Shown: positions 35,694-44,774 of the stretch, piece after piece | Layout of the letters: each line of letters begins with the position of its first letter | Position numbering within the stretch: the first letter of the stretch is position 1 | Source of the DNA: Candidatus Solibacter sp. | Lineage (GTDB): Bacteria; Acidobacteriota; Terriglobia; Bryobacterales; Bryobacteraceae | Direction: 5' to 3' | Assembly: GCA_025361425.1 (NCBI GenBank) | Contig: JANYAH010000083.1 | Span: 13,315-77,314, forward strand | DNA length: 64,000 nt | Program-made: the position numbers and the translations under genes | Notes under the pieces: generated by a model | Database searches by the model: none | What the model was told of the DNA's origin: nothing | The model's input: the letters and a program-made list of their open reading frames with translations, nothing else

Positions 35694-36743
35694 CTACTGT
35701 TTGGGAACGTTGTAGGCGAAATTGAGCTGGAGGACGACGCGGTCGCCCTTAAACTCGCCGGGCAGCGGCGGAAACGGGTTCGAGGCGCTGATGGCGGCGA
35801 TGGCGGCCTTGTCAAGGGCATCGGCGCCAGATTGAAAGGCATACGTCACCTTGCTGACGTTGCCGCTCTTGACGATGGCGAACAGCAGCCCCACCTTGCC
35901 GTGGCGCCCCAGTTTGACGCTCTCCGGCATGACGGCGTACCAGTTGCGGCGAATGGTGACGAGGATCTGGGTCAGGTAGGGGCGGAAATCCACGCCCATG
36001 GGGTCGCTCTTGAGTTCCAGGGCGCTGCCCTGGACTCCGGGGGAAGGGGGCAGATTGATGCCTTCCCCATAGCCGCCGGATCCGGCGCCCGGATCGCCTA
36101 CCATCAGGCCGCCGCTTTGACTGCCGCCGCGGGAATTCTGGCGGATGGCTTCCGCCACCGACGTATTCGGAATCGCCACTTTGCTTTGCGCCGGCGGGAA
36201 CGGAGGCAGTGGCCCACCGACATTTTCCAGGGTTAGCTTGGGCTTTTCCACGGTCGGCGGAGGCGGCTGCACGGTGGAATTGGTGGGCGAGAGTTCGATT
36301 TTCGGCAGCGTCTTCGCGACCGCCTCGAATTTGGGAGGTTCAGGAAGGGCCGCGGGGGCAGGCTGGGGCGGAGACGGGATGGCGGCGACCCGCGGGGCCA
36401 TGGGCTGCGACGTGGAGGGCGCGGCCTTCGGCATCTGTATGCGATCCCGGGGTTGCAAGGCGGCGATGTCGATCTCCTTGGTGACCTTCCCTTTACTAGG
36501 CGTGGGCTGGGTGAATTCGGTAAGCGGTTCCACCAGCGGAGTGATGAGTTGACGCGCCCGGGCAGGCTCCGGGGGCGCCGACAGGAAGTCACTGGGCAAC
36601 GATACGATGAAAATCAGGCCGGCGATGTGGAGCAATACCGAAAATACGCCCGAGACCCCGGAGCGGCCGCGAGAAGCGGAGTCGCCCCACTCGGTCAGGA
36701 GGTGCGGTTCAACGTCATCGGGAGGTGGCCCTACAGTTTCCAT
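35694..36743 (-). CDS. tonB: energy transducer TonB
   Basis: N-terminal anchor VFSVLLHIAGLIFIV, a Pro-rich spacer (PPQPAPAALPEPPKFE...), and a C-terminal TonB domain (YPESVKLGRHGKVGLLFAIVKSGNVSKV...GDRVVLQLNFAY). The ATG overlaps the upstream oxidoreductase gene by 13 nt. Confidence 0.8.
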   Translation of the reverse strand: METVGPPPDDVEPHLLTEWGDSASRGRSGVSGVFSVLLHIAGLIFIVSLPSDFLSAPPEPARARQLITPLVEPLTEFTQPTPSKGKVTKEIDIAALQPRDRIQMPKAAPSTSQPMAPRVAAIPSPPQPAPAALPEPPKFEAVAKTLPKIELSPTNSTVQPPPPTVEKPKLTLENVGGPLPPFPPAQSKVAIPNTSVAEAIRQNSRGGSQSGGLMVGDPGAGSGGYGEGINLPPSPGVQGSALELKSDPMGVDFRPYLTQILVTIRRNWYAVMPESVKLGRHGKVGLLFAIVKSGNVSKVTYAFQSGADALDKAAIAAISASNPFPPLPGEFKGDRVVLQLNFAYNVPKQ

Positions 36744-37693
36744 CCATCAACCAAGGTTTTGGAGACAACTTCGGAGTGCTCTTTAATTTTATCAAGAATC
36801 GCCAGGGCAACCCCTAAAGTTCGACGCGCCGTGGTCCCGGAAGATTTCGGCAAACTGCGCGAGGTCAGGGAATCCAGGAAAGCGTCGAATTGCAGTTGGA
36901 GCGGTTCGCCCTTGGCAACGGGCGCCTGTTCGAAGGCGATCTGCCGGTCGCCGCCCACCCCGAAGACGGCGAGATCCTGACGGGCGTAGTCGAGCGAGAG
37001 GTATTGATTGGGCTGGAAAAGGCGGAGTTTGCGCACGCGCTCGGTGGAAATGCGGCTGGCGGTGAGGTTCGCCACGCAGCCGTTGGGGAACTGTAGGCGG
37101 ACGTTGGCGATATCCACCTTGCCGGAGAGAATCGAAATTCCGGCGGCCCGGATCTCCTCGGGTTCGGCCCCCACGAGCGCCAGCACGAGGTCCACGTCGT
37201 GGATCATGAGATCCAGCACCACGTCCACATCCAGGCTGCGCGGGCTGAACAGGTTCATGCGGTGGATCTCGAAGAACAGGGGCAGGGTGACGCGCTGTTC
37301 CAGGGCGAGGACGGCGGGGTTGAAGCGCTCCAGGTGGCCCACCTGAAGGATCCGCCCCGCGCACGCGGCGGAGGCGATCAGCCGATCGGCGGAGGCCAGG
37401 TCGCTTGCAATGGGCTTTTCGACCAGGACATCGATGCCGGCTTCGAGAAGGTAGCAGCCGATCTCGGCGTGGACCGTGGTGGGCGCGGCGAGGATGGCGG
37501 CGTCGATCTTGCCGGGGAGCTCGCGCGCATCGGTGAGGGCGAGCGTCTGGTAGCGGGCGGCGGCTTCATTGGCGCGCGCGGCGTTGGTATCGACGATGGC
37601 GGCGAGTTGCGCGCGCGCGGATTCGTGGACCACGCGGCAGTGGTTCTGACCGAAAGCTCCGGCGCCGATGACGGCTACACGAGGTTGTGGCAT
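36731..37693 (-). CDS. Gfo/Idh/MocA oxidoreductase inside the lipid A operon (GnnA-like candidate)
   Basis: MPQPRVAVIGAGAFGQNH... Rossmann motif, followed by VLVEKPI. There is no signal peptide. It sits directly downstream of lpxI. Start taken at the internal ATG 37693. Confidence 0.8.
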   Translation of the reverse strand: MPQPRVAVIGAGAFGQNHCRVVHESARAQLAAIVDTNAARANEAAARYQTLALTDARELPGKIDAAILAAPTTVHAEIGCYLLEAGIDVLVEKPIASDLASADRLIASAACAGRILQVGHLERFNPAVLALEQRVTLPLFFEIHRMNLFSPRSLDVDVVLDLMIHDVDLVLALVGAEPEEIRAAGISILSGKVDIANVRLQFPNGCVANLTASRISTERVRKLRLFQPNQYLSLDYARQDLAVFGVGGDRQIAFEQAPVAKGEPLQLQFDAFLDSLTSRSLPKSSGTTARRTLGVALAILDKIKEHSEVVSKTLVDGWKL

Positions 37694-37771
37694 AGATGGA
37701 TTACCGTTAGGGGAGCGCTCCTCCCCAGGGAAGTGGCGCGTTCCACGCAGAGACGCAGAGGCGCGGAGCAA

Positions 37772-38581
37772 CTACGCATCCTGGCCTACAATGGCGATAC
37801 CGGCGGCATTGGCGGCTTCGATCATTTTTGGTTTGTCGAGCATCAGGGTGCGGCCAGCCTCCACGGCTAGGACCGTGGCGCCGGTTTCCTGCATCACCGG
37901 TATGGTGTCCAAGCCGACCACCGGGACGTCGAACAGCAGATGCTCGCGGCGGCGCGCTACCTTGACCATCGCCAAACGACGGCCATTGACCAGGGTGGCG
38001 GCGCGGCGCAGCATGGCGTCGGTGCCTTCCATGGCCTCTACGGCCACGCAGGCGCGTTCGCAGATTGCAACGCTTTGTCCCACGTCGAAGTTGGCCAGGG
38101 CATTGGCTACGCGGCGGCCATATTCGATGTCGGTGAGCTCCTCCTTCCCGGGCTTGCGGCGCGTCATCACGCCGGCGGTGGCTAGCAGGGGCTTGAGGAG
38201 CAGGGTGGAATCGCGCAAATGAATGCCTTCGTCCGCCAAAATTTTGATGACGCCGCCGATCAGGCCGTCGGTATTCTTTGCAGGGAGGGTGGCGAGCAGT
38301 TTCAGCAGACGCCAGTCGGCGGCGATGGAGGAAAAGATTTTGACGTGCTTCACCTGGCCGCACATCATGACCTCGGTGATGCCCTCCTGCTTGCAGATGT
38401 CGATCATTTTGCCGAGCTGGCCGAGGGAGACCCAGTGGCAGCGCGAGGCCAGAGACTCCACCTCTTTCGAGGCTTCTTCCTGGATGGCGATGACGGTGAT
38501 CTCATACCCCAACTGGCGGGCGCTTTCGAGGGCGAGCAGCGGGAAGCGGCCGTTGCCCGCGATCAATCCGTAGCTAGTCAT
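37772..38581 (-). CDS. lpxI: UDP-2,3-diacylglucosamine diphosphatase LpxI (DUF1009)
   Basis: MTSYGLIAGNGRFPLLALESARQLGYEITVIAI...FDVGQSVAICERACVAVEAMEGTDAMLRRA, the typical LpxI sequence. ATGA overlap with the lpxA stop. Confidence 0.85.
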   Translation of the reverse strand: MTSYGLIAGNGRFPLLALESARQLGYEITVIAIQEEASKEVESLASRCHWVSLGQLGKMIDICKQEGITEVMMCGQVKHVKIFSSIAADWRLLKLLATLPAKNTDGLIGGVIKILADEGIHLRDSTLLLKPLLATAGVMTRRKPGKEELTDIEYGRRVANALANFDVGQSVAICERACVAVEAMEGTDAMLRRAATLVNGRRLAMVKVARRREHLLFDVPVVGLDTIPVMQETGATVLAVEAGRTLMLDKPKMIEAANAAGIAIVGQDA

Positions 38582-39354
38582 TTTACGACGCCGCGCTCGC
38601 TGGTGCGGATGAACTCCAGAAGTTCCTCCACTTCTTCGCAGGGCGGCACTTCGGCACGGATGCGCTCGACGGCCTGGCTGGTGTTGAGCTTGGCCCGCGT
38701 GAGCAGGCGGAAGGAGGTTTGCAGCGCTTCGATCACGGGGGTTTCGAACCCGCGGCGTTCCAAGCCGATGCGGTTGGCGCCGAAAACGCCGATCTCGCGC
38801 TTGCCCACGGTGGTGGAGTACGGCAGCACGTCCTGAATGACCACGCTGTAGGGGCCCACGAAGGCGTGGCGGCCGATGCGGCAGAACTGATGGACGCCGA
38901 CGAAGGCGCTGATATCGGCCCAATCGCCGATGGTGACGTGGCCGGCGAGGGTGACGCCGTTGGCCATGATGACGTGGTCGCCAATGTGCGCGTCGTGGGC
39001 GACGTGGGCGTAGGCCATCAGCAGGTTGTCGTTGCCAATGGCGGTGAGCAATCCCCCGCCCTGCGTGCCGCGATGGATGGTGACGAATTCGCGGATGCGG
39101 TTGCGGTGGCCAATGCGGGTCTCGGCGCGCTCGCCCTTGTACTTCAGGTCCTGCGAGGCCACGCCACAGGTGCTGTAGGGGAAGAAAATATTATCCTCGC
39201 CCACCCAGGTGGGGCCTTCGAGGTAGTTATTGGCCATCAGGCGGGTGCGCGCGCCGATGTGGACTTCCGCGCCGACGATGCAATAGGGGCCGATGTCGGC
39301 GGTGGCTTCGATCTCCGCCGTGGGGTCGACGATGGCGGTGGAATGAATCGGCAT
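38578..39354 (-). CDS. lpxA: acyl-ACP--UDP-N-acetylglucosamine O-acyltransferase
   Basis: 258-aa ORF MPIHSTAIVDPTAEIEATADIGPYCIVG... with hexapeptide repeats and the C-terminal helical domain. Confidence 0.9.
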   Translation of the reverse strand: MPIHSTAIVDPTAEIEATADIGPYCIVGAEVHIGARTRLMANNYLEGPTWVGEDNIFFPYSTCGVASQDLKYKGERAETRIGHRNRIREFVTIHRGTQGGGLLTAIGNDNLLMAYAHVAHDAHIGDHVIMANGVTLAGHVTIGDWADISAFVGVHQFCRIGRHAFVGPYSVVIQDVLPYSTTVGKREIGVFGANRIGLERRGFETPVIEALQTSFRLLTRAKLNTSQAVERIRAEVPPCEEVEELLEFIRTSERGVVK

Positions 39355-39357
39355 CGC

Positions 39358-39822
39358 TCAGGCAATCACTGGGGCGGGCGGCTTCTCTTCCTTGTCGGCA
39401 AGCTTGCACATGACTTCGGCTTCGGCGACGACTACGCCATCCACGGTGGCCACGCCGGCCATCTTGGCGACGCTGGCTTTGCGCTTGAGAATCTTCATTT
39501 CCATGCGCAGAGTGTCTCCGGGCACCACGGGGCGGCGAAAGCGCGCGTTCTCGATGGCCACCAGGAGGACCAGTTTATTGGCGCGGTCCGGCATATTGTG
39601 GAGCACCAGGATGCCGGCCGTCTGCGCCATGGCTTCCACGATCAAGACGCCGGGCATGACCGGAAAATCCGGGAAATGACCAGTGAACTGTGGCTCATTG
39701 GCAGTCACGCACTTGATGCCGACGATGCGGTCGGTCTCCATCTCAATGATGCGGTCCACCAGCAGAAATGGGTAGCGATGGGGCAGAATGGCCCGGATTT
39801 CATTAGCGTCCAAAATGGGCAT
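39358..39822 (-). CDS. fabZ: 3-hydroxyacyl-ACP dehydratase FabZ
   Basis: MPILDANEIRAILPHRYPFLLVDRIIEME...HFPDFPVMPGVLIVEAMAQ, the canonical FabZ sequence. Start taken at the internal ATG 39822. Confidence 0.9.
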   Translation of the reverse strand: MPILDANEIRAILPHRYPFLLVDRIIEMETDRIVGIKCVTANEPQFTGHFPDFPVMPGVLIVEAMAQTAGILVLHNMPDRANKLVLLVAIENARFRRPVVPGDTLRMEMKILKRKASVAKMAGVATVDGVVVAEAEVMCKLADKEEKPPAPVIA

Positions 39823-39831
39823 GGAAGCTTG

Positions 39832-39838
39832 TATTATA
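39832..39838. promoter_or_regulatory. overlapping divergent -10 boxes (minus TATAAT for fabZ, plus TATTAT for the M20 gene)
   Basis: The plus strand reads gtattataac. The minus-strand TATAAT lies 10 nt from the fabZ ATG. The plus-strand TATTAT lies 7 nt from in-frame GTG 39845. Confidence 0.35.
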
Positions 39839-39844
39839 ACATCC

Positions 39845-40984
39845 GTGGATTCTATTCTCTCTTTTGCATGCGCGCACGAGGCGGAAATGGCGGCGACCAT
39901 CCGGCGTTTCGTGGAGTGCGAGTCGCCGAGCGACGATGCGGCGGCGGTCACCCGGTTCGTGGAACTGGTTTCGGACACAGTGGCGCCATTTGCCAAGGTC
40001 AAGACTTATCCCGGCGGTAAGTTCGGCCGCCTGCTGGTGGCGGAGATGCAACTGCCGGGACGGAGCAAGAGCGGCCAAGTGCTGGCGCTGGGACACTCGG
40101 ATACGGTGTGGCCCATCGGGACGCTGCGCAGCATGCCGTTCCGCCAGATGGACGGCCGGTTGTGGGGGCCGGGCGTGCTGGATATGAAGGCGGGCATCGT
40201 ATTCTTCCTGTTCGCGGCGCGGGCGCTACGCGAGTTGGATATCGCGGCGGGCTCCAAAGTGCTCCTGCAACTGAATCCCGACGAGGAAGTGGGCAGCGAA
40301 GTTTCGCGCGCGCTGACGGAGAAGAACGCGGCGCAGAGCAAGGCGGTACTGGTGCTGGAGCCGGGCACGGGGCTGACGGGCAAGTTGAAGACGGCGCGTA
40401 AAGGGGTGGGCGATTTCAGCGTGGTGGTGAAGGGGTGTGCGTCGCACGCCGGGGTGGATTTTGAGGCGGGGGCGAGCGCCGTGCTGGAACTGGCGCGGCA
40501 GATCGCGCAGATCGCGGGCTTCACCCAAGTGCAGCGCGGCATCACGGTGAATCCAGGCGTCATCTCAGGCGGAACGCGCAGTAATGTGGTGGCTGCCGAG
40601 GCGCGCGTGGAGGTGGATATACGGGTGCTCCGCTTGCGGGATGCGCCGGCGCTGGAGAAGAAATTCCGGGCGCTGAAACCCTTCGACCGGCGGTGCACGA
40701 TCGAGGTGACTGGCGGATTGAATCGTCCGCCGATGGAGCGGTCGGCGGGGATTGTGGCGCTATTCCGGAGGGCGCGGGAGTTGGGGCGGGAGCTCGGCGT
40801 GGACCTGGAGGAGTCGCTGACCGGGGGCGGTTCGGACGGCAATTTTACGGCGGCGCTGGGGATTCCGACTCTGGACGGCTTAGGCGCGGTGGGCGAAGGG
40901 GCGCACGCGGCCAACGAGAGCCTGTTGGTGGACCGCATGGCGGACCGCACGGCGCTGCTGGGGAAACTTCTGGCGGAGTTGTAG
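39845..40984 (+). CDS. M20 family metallopeptidase (carboxypeptidase G2-like)
   Basis: Contains RRFVECESPSDD...LALGHSDTVWP...GPGVLDMKAG...EEVGS...GGSDGNF. The start is ambiguous: GTG 39845 (leaderless-type), ATG 39887 (preceded by GAGG), or the longest ORF at 39788. Confidence 0.8.
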   Translation: MDSILSFACAHEAEMAATIRRFVECESPSDDAAAVTRFVELVSDTVAPFAKVKTYPGGKFGRLLVAEMQLPGRSKSGQVLALGHSDTVWPIGTLRSMPFRQMDGRLWGPGVLDMKAGIVFFLFAARALRELDIAAGSKVLLQLNPDEEVGSEVSRALTEKNAAQSKAVLVLEPGTGLTGKLKTARKGVGDFSVVVKGCASHAGVDFEAGASAVLELARQIAQIAGFTQVQRGITVNPGVISGGTRSNVVAAEARVEVDIRVLRLRDAPALEKKFRALKPFDRRCTIEVTGGLNRPPMERSAGIVALFRRARELGRELGVDLEESLTGGGSDGNFTAALGIPTLDGLGAVGEGAHAANESLLVDRMADRTALLGKLLAEL

Positions 40985-41059
40985 GTGCGGGGCCCACGTG
41001 CCGTGCGCGGATCCGCCGGCTTTCGACCGGCGATTGGCGGCGAAAGCGCCTCCCCCACG

Positions 41060-42139
41060 TTAGGCCAGAGGCAGGTTGGCGTTAGCGCCGATCGCGAACG
41101 TGGCGAACTGCCCGCGCTGTAGTTTGGGGAAAGCGGCGGCGGCGATCATGGCGGCGTTGTCGGTGGCGAGACCGGCGGACGGGAAGTGGACCGGGTAGGG
41201 CAGGCCGCGGGCGCGGGCGGCGGCGCGCAGTCCCGAATTGCAGGCGACTCCGCCGCAAACAATCAGACCGCGCGCCCCAATGGATTGGGCGGCGGCGGCG
41301 GCGCGGGTGAGCAGTTCGTGGATCACGGCGTGCTGGAACGAAGCCAAAAGGTCTAATGTTTGCTTCGGCGTGACTTCGAGCCACTGCTCCAGCGACGGGT
41401 TCGGAAAATCGCGCAGCATGGCCTTGCGGGCGGCGATTTCGGGCTCCATGTGGCGCGCCTCCACCCAGCGCAGGATGGCGGTTTTGTGGCCGCTGAAGCT
41501 GAAATCCAGCGTGTTGCCCTTCATTTTGGCGAAGGTGAAGTGGACCGCGAGGGGGTTGCCGTGAGGGGCGAGGCGGTCGATCACGGGCCCGCCGGGGTAG
41601 CCTAAGCCGAGAAGTTTGCCGACCTTGTCGAAAGCTTCGCCCGCGGCATCGTCGCGCGTCTTGCCGAGCAGGCGGTAGCCACCATCGGAACGCATCTCAA
41701 ACAGGTGGGTATGGCCGCCGCTGGCCACCAGGGCGAGCGCCGGGAACTCGACGGGCGCGCCGTCGCGCCGCGATTCCAGGATGACGGCGTGGATGTGGCC
41801 TTCAATGTGGTTAACCCCGATGAGAGGCACGCCCGTGGCGAAGCTGAGGCTCTTGGCGTAGGTCAACCCGACGAGCAGCGACCCGACAAGCCCGGGGCCA
41901 ACGGTGACGGCGATGGCGGAAAGGTCCTCTAAACGGGTGGCGGAGCGAAGCAGGGCTTCGCGAACCACCGGAACGATGGCGCGCAGGTGCTCGCGGGAGG
42001 CCAACTCGGGAACCACGCCCCCGTACTTACCGTGCATCGCGATCTGCGACGCCACGACGCTAGAGAGCACGGCGTCGCCAGAGGCCACCACGGCGGCGGC
42101 GGTTTCATCGCAGGAGGATTCGATGCCGAGAATACGCAC
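41060..42139 (-). CDS. tsaD: tRNA N6-adenosine threonylcarbamoyltransferase
   Basis: [18 protein letters not shown]...GVNHIEGHI...LVASGGHT...GGVACN, the canonical TsaD/Kae1 sequence. The start is GTG 42139, preceded by AAGGTAGGG. The upstream part of the 424-aa ORF is unlike the family. Confidence 0.9.
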   Translation of the reverse strand: MRILGIESSCDETAAAVVASGDAVLSSVVASQIAMHGKYGGVVPELASREHLRAIVPVVREALLRSATRLEDLSAIAVTVGPGLVGSLLVGLTYAKSLSFATGVPLIGVNHIEGHIHAVILESRRDGAPVEFPALALVASGGHTHLFEMRSDGGYRLLGKTRDDAAGEAFDKVGKLLGLGYPGGPVIDRLAPHGNPLAVHFTFAKMKGNTLDFSFSGHKTAILRWVEARHMEPEIAARKAMLRDFPNPSLEQWLEVTPKQTLDLLASFQHAVIHELLTRAAAAAQSIGARGLIVCGGVACNSGLRAAARARGLPYPVHFPSAGLATDNAAMIAAAAFPKLQRGQFATFAIGANANLPLA

Positions 42140-42144
42140 TATCC

Positions 42145-42432
42145 CTACCTTAGCGCGGGTTCCGTGGATTCCAGAATGAGACGCTCCATGGGAACGTTGA
42201 CCGGCCGGGAGCCGCGGCGCACGCCGTAGTTCAACAGGCCGGAGGTCTTCCAGACACAGCGCTGGGCCGCGCGTTGCAGTTCGAGCAGAAGCGGGCGGGC
42301 GGGATGCCCGGGTTCCAGGGTTTCGAGGGAGCACGACGTGGTGTTGACGATGATGGTCAACTCGTCATTGAGGTCGTGCCCGGCGGCGGCGGCAATGGCA
42401 CAGGCGCGGTCGGCGTGAGTTAGTCTTTCCAC
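42145..42432 (-). CDS. stand-alone HisKA (DHp) domain miniprotein, no ATPase domain
   Basis: 95-aa ORF with a GTG start. [61 protein letters not shown] aligns with the H-box/DHp helices of HisKA kinases (consensus H-D-F-N-N-L-L-T-V-I...LLAFSRR). It ends 6 nt before the tsaD start. Confidence 0.5.
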   Translation of the reverse strand: MERLTHADRACAIAAAAGHDLNDELTIIVNTTSCSLETLEPGHPARPLLLELQRAAQRCVWKTSGLLNYGVRRGSRPVNVPMERLILESTEPALR

Positions 42433-42438
42433 ACCTGG

Positions 42439-42444
42439 ATATTA
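42439..42444 (-). promoter_or_regulatory. -10-like TAATAT (minus strand), 6 nt upstream of GTG 42432 (leaderless-type)
   Basis: The minus strand reads cagcTAATAT-ccaggt-GTG. Confidence 0.35.
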
Positions 42445-42610
42445 GCTGGCGAATAGGCGCCTGGCTGAGCTGCGGGGGGCAAAGCGCTTTTGAAATCAAC
42501 GGAAAATAAATAAATGTTGGTGTGACTGAGGGGAGCACGGGGAGTTTAAGGCGTGCTCTTCACCGCGGAGGGAGCGGGCACGGGTAGAGCATCTGGTAGT
42601 CTGAAGTTTC

Positions 42611-44764
42611 ATGAAATCGCGGGATCCAAAGGGCGCCGCACTGCCCGCCATGCAGAGTTGGACTTCCCTGCGCGATTTGGCTGTGCGGCGGCGCCACTTA
42701 CTGGTGGGACTGGGACTGTGCCTGCTGACGCTGGCGGTCTATTCCAACTCTTTCGGCGCCGGGTTCGCCATGGACAATCGCGGGTTGATCCTGCAGGATG
42801 CCCGCATCCGCGCGGCCACGGCGGAGAACATCGATCTGATTTTCGGGCACACCTACTGGTGGCCCTACGGGGAGAGCGGGTTGTTCCGGCCGGTCACCAC
42901 CCTCTCCTACCTGTTCAACTACGCGATTCTGGGCAACGGCGAGCATCCGGCCGGCTACCACTGGGTCAACTTTCTGTTGCACGCAGGCAACGTGCTGCTG
43001 GTCTACGCCCTGGGGCTGCGCCTGGCGTCCAAGCGGAGCGCCGCGTGGACGGCGGCGCTGTGGGCGGTACACCCGGTGCTTACCGAATCTGTGACCAACA
43101 TGGTGGGCCGGGCAGACCTGCTGGCCGGGATGGCGGTCTTGGGCGGCCTGCTGCTGTATCTGAAGAGCACCGAACACGCCGGCTGGCAGCGCTGGGCGTA
43201 CCTCGGCGGGCTCTCCGCCGCCACCGCGCTGGGCGTGTTTTCCAAGGAATCGGCGGTGATGGTGCTGCCGGTGATCGTGTTGTATGAGGCCATCTGCTGG
43301 AAAGAGCGGCGGCAGGGGCTGGCCCTGGTACGGGGATCGCTCGCCATGCTGATTCCGCTTCAGGCGATGCTGTATCAGCGCGCCGCCGTGCTGTGGATCT
43401 CGCTGCCCACGACGTTTCCTTTTTGCGACAACCCGATTGTAGGGGCCGGATTTGTCACCGGCACGCTGACGGCGCTGAGAGTGATGGGCAAGTACGTGGC
43501 GTTGCTGGCGTGGCCGGTGCGGCTCTCCTGCGACTATTCGTGGGCGCAGATTCCGCTGGCGACCGGGAGCGCGGCGGATTGGCTAGGGTGGATGGCGCTG
43601 GGGGGCGCGATGGCGGCAGGCGTGCTGCTGTGGAAGTGCAACCGCACGGCGCTTTTCCTGGCGGGCGCGGCCTTGGTTGTATTCCTGCCGACGTCGAACC
43701 TCTTGTTCCCCATCGGCACCATCATGGCGGAGCGCTTTCTGTATCTGCCGGCAATCGCCTTCGCGGCGGGCGTAGTCGCCGCGGTGGGCGCGGCGGAGAA
43801 GCGCGTGCGCCGCCGGCGGCTGGCGCCGGCGTTGCTGGGGCTGCTGGTGGTTGCCTGTGCGGCGCGCACATGGTTGCGGAATCTCGATTGGCAGGACGAT
43901 CTGACGCTGGCCACCGCGGCGGTGCAGACATCGCCAGCAAGCTACAAGAGCCACCTCATGCTGGCCAACGCTCTGTTCGAAGCGGACCCCGGACGGACCA
44001 ACATCGACCGCGTACTCACGGAAGCGGAAAAGAGCCTGGCGATTCTGCAGCCGCTGCCGCTAAAGCGCAATAACGCCGGCGCGCTGCGCCGCGCGGCCGT
44101 GTGGTATCTCGCCAAGGCCGACCTCATCCGGCCGCCGGGGCAGAGCGCGGCGAACTCGCCCGAGGCCGCGCAGTCCTGCCGGCGGGCACTCGAGCTATTG
44201 CAGCGCGGCCGGACGATGCTGGTCGCCCAGCTCGAAGCGGCGCGCCAACGTCCGGGGTTCGACGCCAAGACCGACTCGCTGGCCGCCGCCCCGGCTGAGG
44301 TGGACCGCCTGATCTCATCGGCGTACCTCAAACTCGGCGACACCGGACGAGCTCTCCACCTGTCGCGCGGCGCAATCGAAGTGGACCCCGGCAATCCCGA
44401 CGCCTACCGGCAGCACGCGCAGGCGCTGATCGCCGCCGGCCGCGGCGAGGAAGCGGTCACGGTCCTCATGGAAGGCGTCATGCTCACTCTAGACGCGAGC
44501 TTGCGCCAGAACGTGGTGGAATTGTACCAATCCGGCGTGGACCGGGGCGGCTGCGCGCTGATGCCCGGACAGAATGGCTCGATGGCCCTGAATCCGGGGT
44601 GCCCGGCAGTGCACGGCCAACTCTGCGCGGCGACGGTGGCCGCGATCCAACTCCGGCTCACCCACGGCCGCCGGGACATGGCGGAGCAGTTGAAGAATTC
44701 CGGCGTGAGAGACTTCGGCTGCGCCGCCGGCCCGCTGGAGGAAGCGCTGGCCGCGAAGCAGTAG
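42611..44764 (+). CDS. TMTC-like membrane protein: polytopic DUF1736/PMT_2-like N-terminal domain plus C-terminal TPR repeats
   Basis: 717-aa ORF. The N-terminal ~430 aa are multi-TM, with YSNSFGAGFAMDN...YHWVNFLLHAGNVLLVYAL as in TMTC/DUF1736 proteins. The C-terminal ~280 aa are TPR-like helical repeats. Confidence 0.75.
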   Translation: MKSRDPKGAALPAMQSWTSLRDLAVRRRHLLVGLGLCLLTLAVYSNSFGAGFAMDNRGLILQDARIRAATAENIDLIFGHTYWWPYGESGLFRPVTTLSYLFNYAILGNGEHPAGYHWVNFLLHAGNVLLVYALGLRLASKRSAAWTAALWAVHPVLTESVTNMVGRADLLAGMAVLGGLLLYLKSTEHAGWQRWAYLGGLSAATALGVFSKESAVMVLPVIVLYEAICWKERRQGLALVRGSLAMLIPLQAMLYQRAAVLWISLPTTFPFCDNPIVGAGFVTGTLTALRVMGKYVALLAWPVRLSCDYSWAQIPLATGSAADWLGWMALGGAMAAGVLLWKCNRTALFLAGAALVVFLPTSNLLFPIGTIMAERFLYLPAIAFAAGVVAAVGAAEKRVRRRRLAPALLGLLVVACAARTWLRNLDWQDDLTLATAAVQTSPASYKSHLMLANALFEADPGRTNIDRVLTEAEKSLAILQPLPLKRNNAGALRRAAVWYLAKADLIRPPGQSAANSPEAAQSCRRALELLQRGRTMLVAQLEAARQRPGFDAKTDSLAAAPAEVDRLISSAYLKLGDTGRALHLSRGAIEVDPGNPDAYRQHAQALIAAGRGEEAVTVLMEGVMLTLDASLRQNVVELYQSGVDRGGCALMPGQNGSMALNPGCPAVHGQLCAATVAAIQLRLTHGRRDMAEQLKNSGVRDFGCAAGPLEEALAAKQ

Positions 44765-44774
44765 GCGCGAAACG

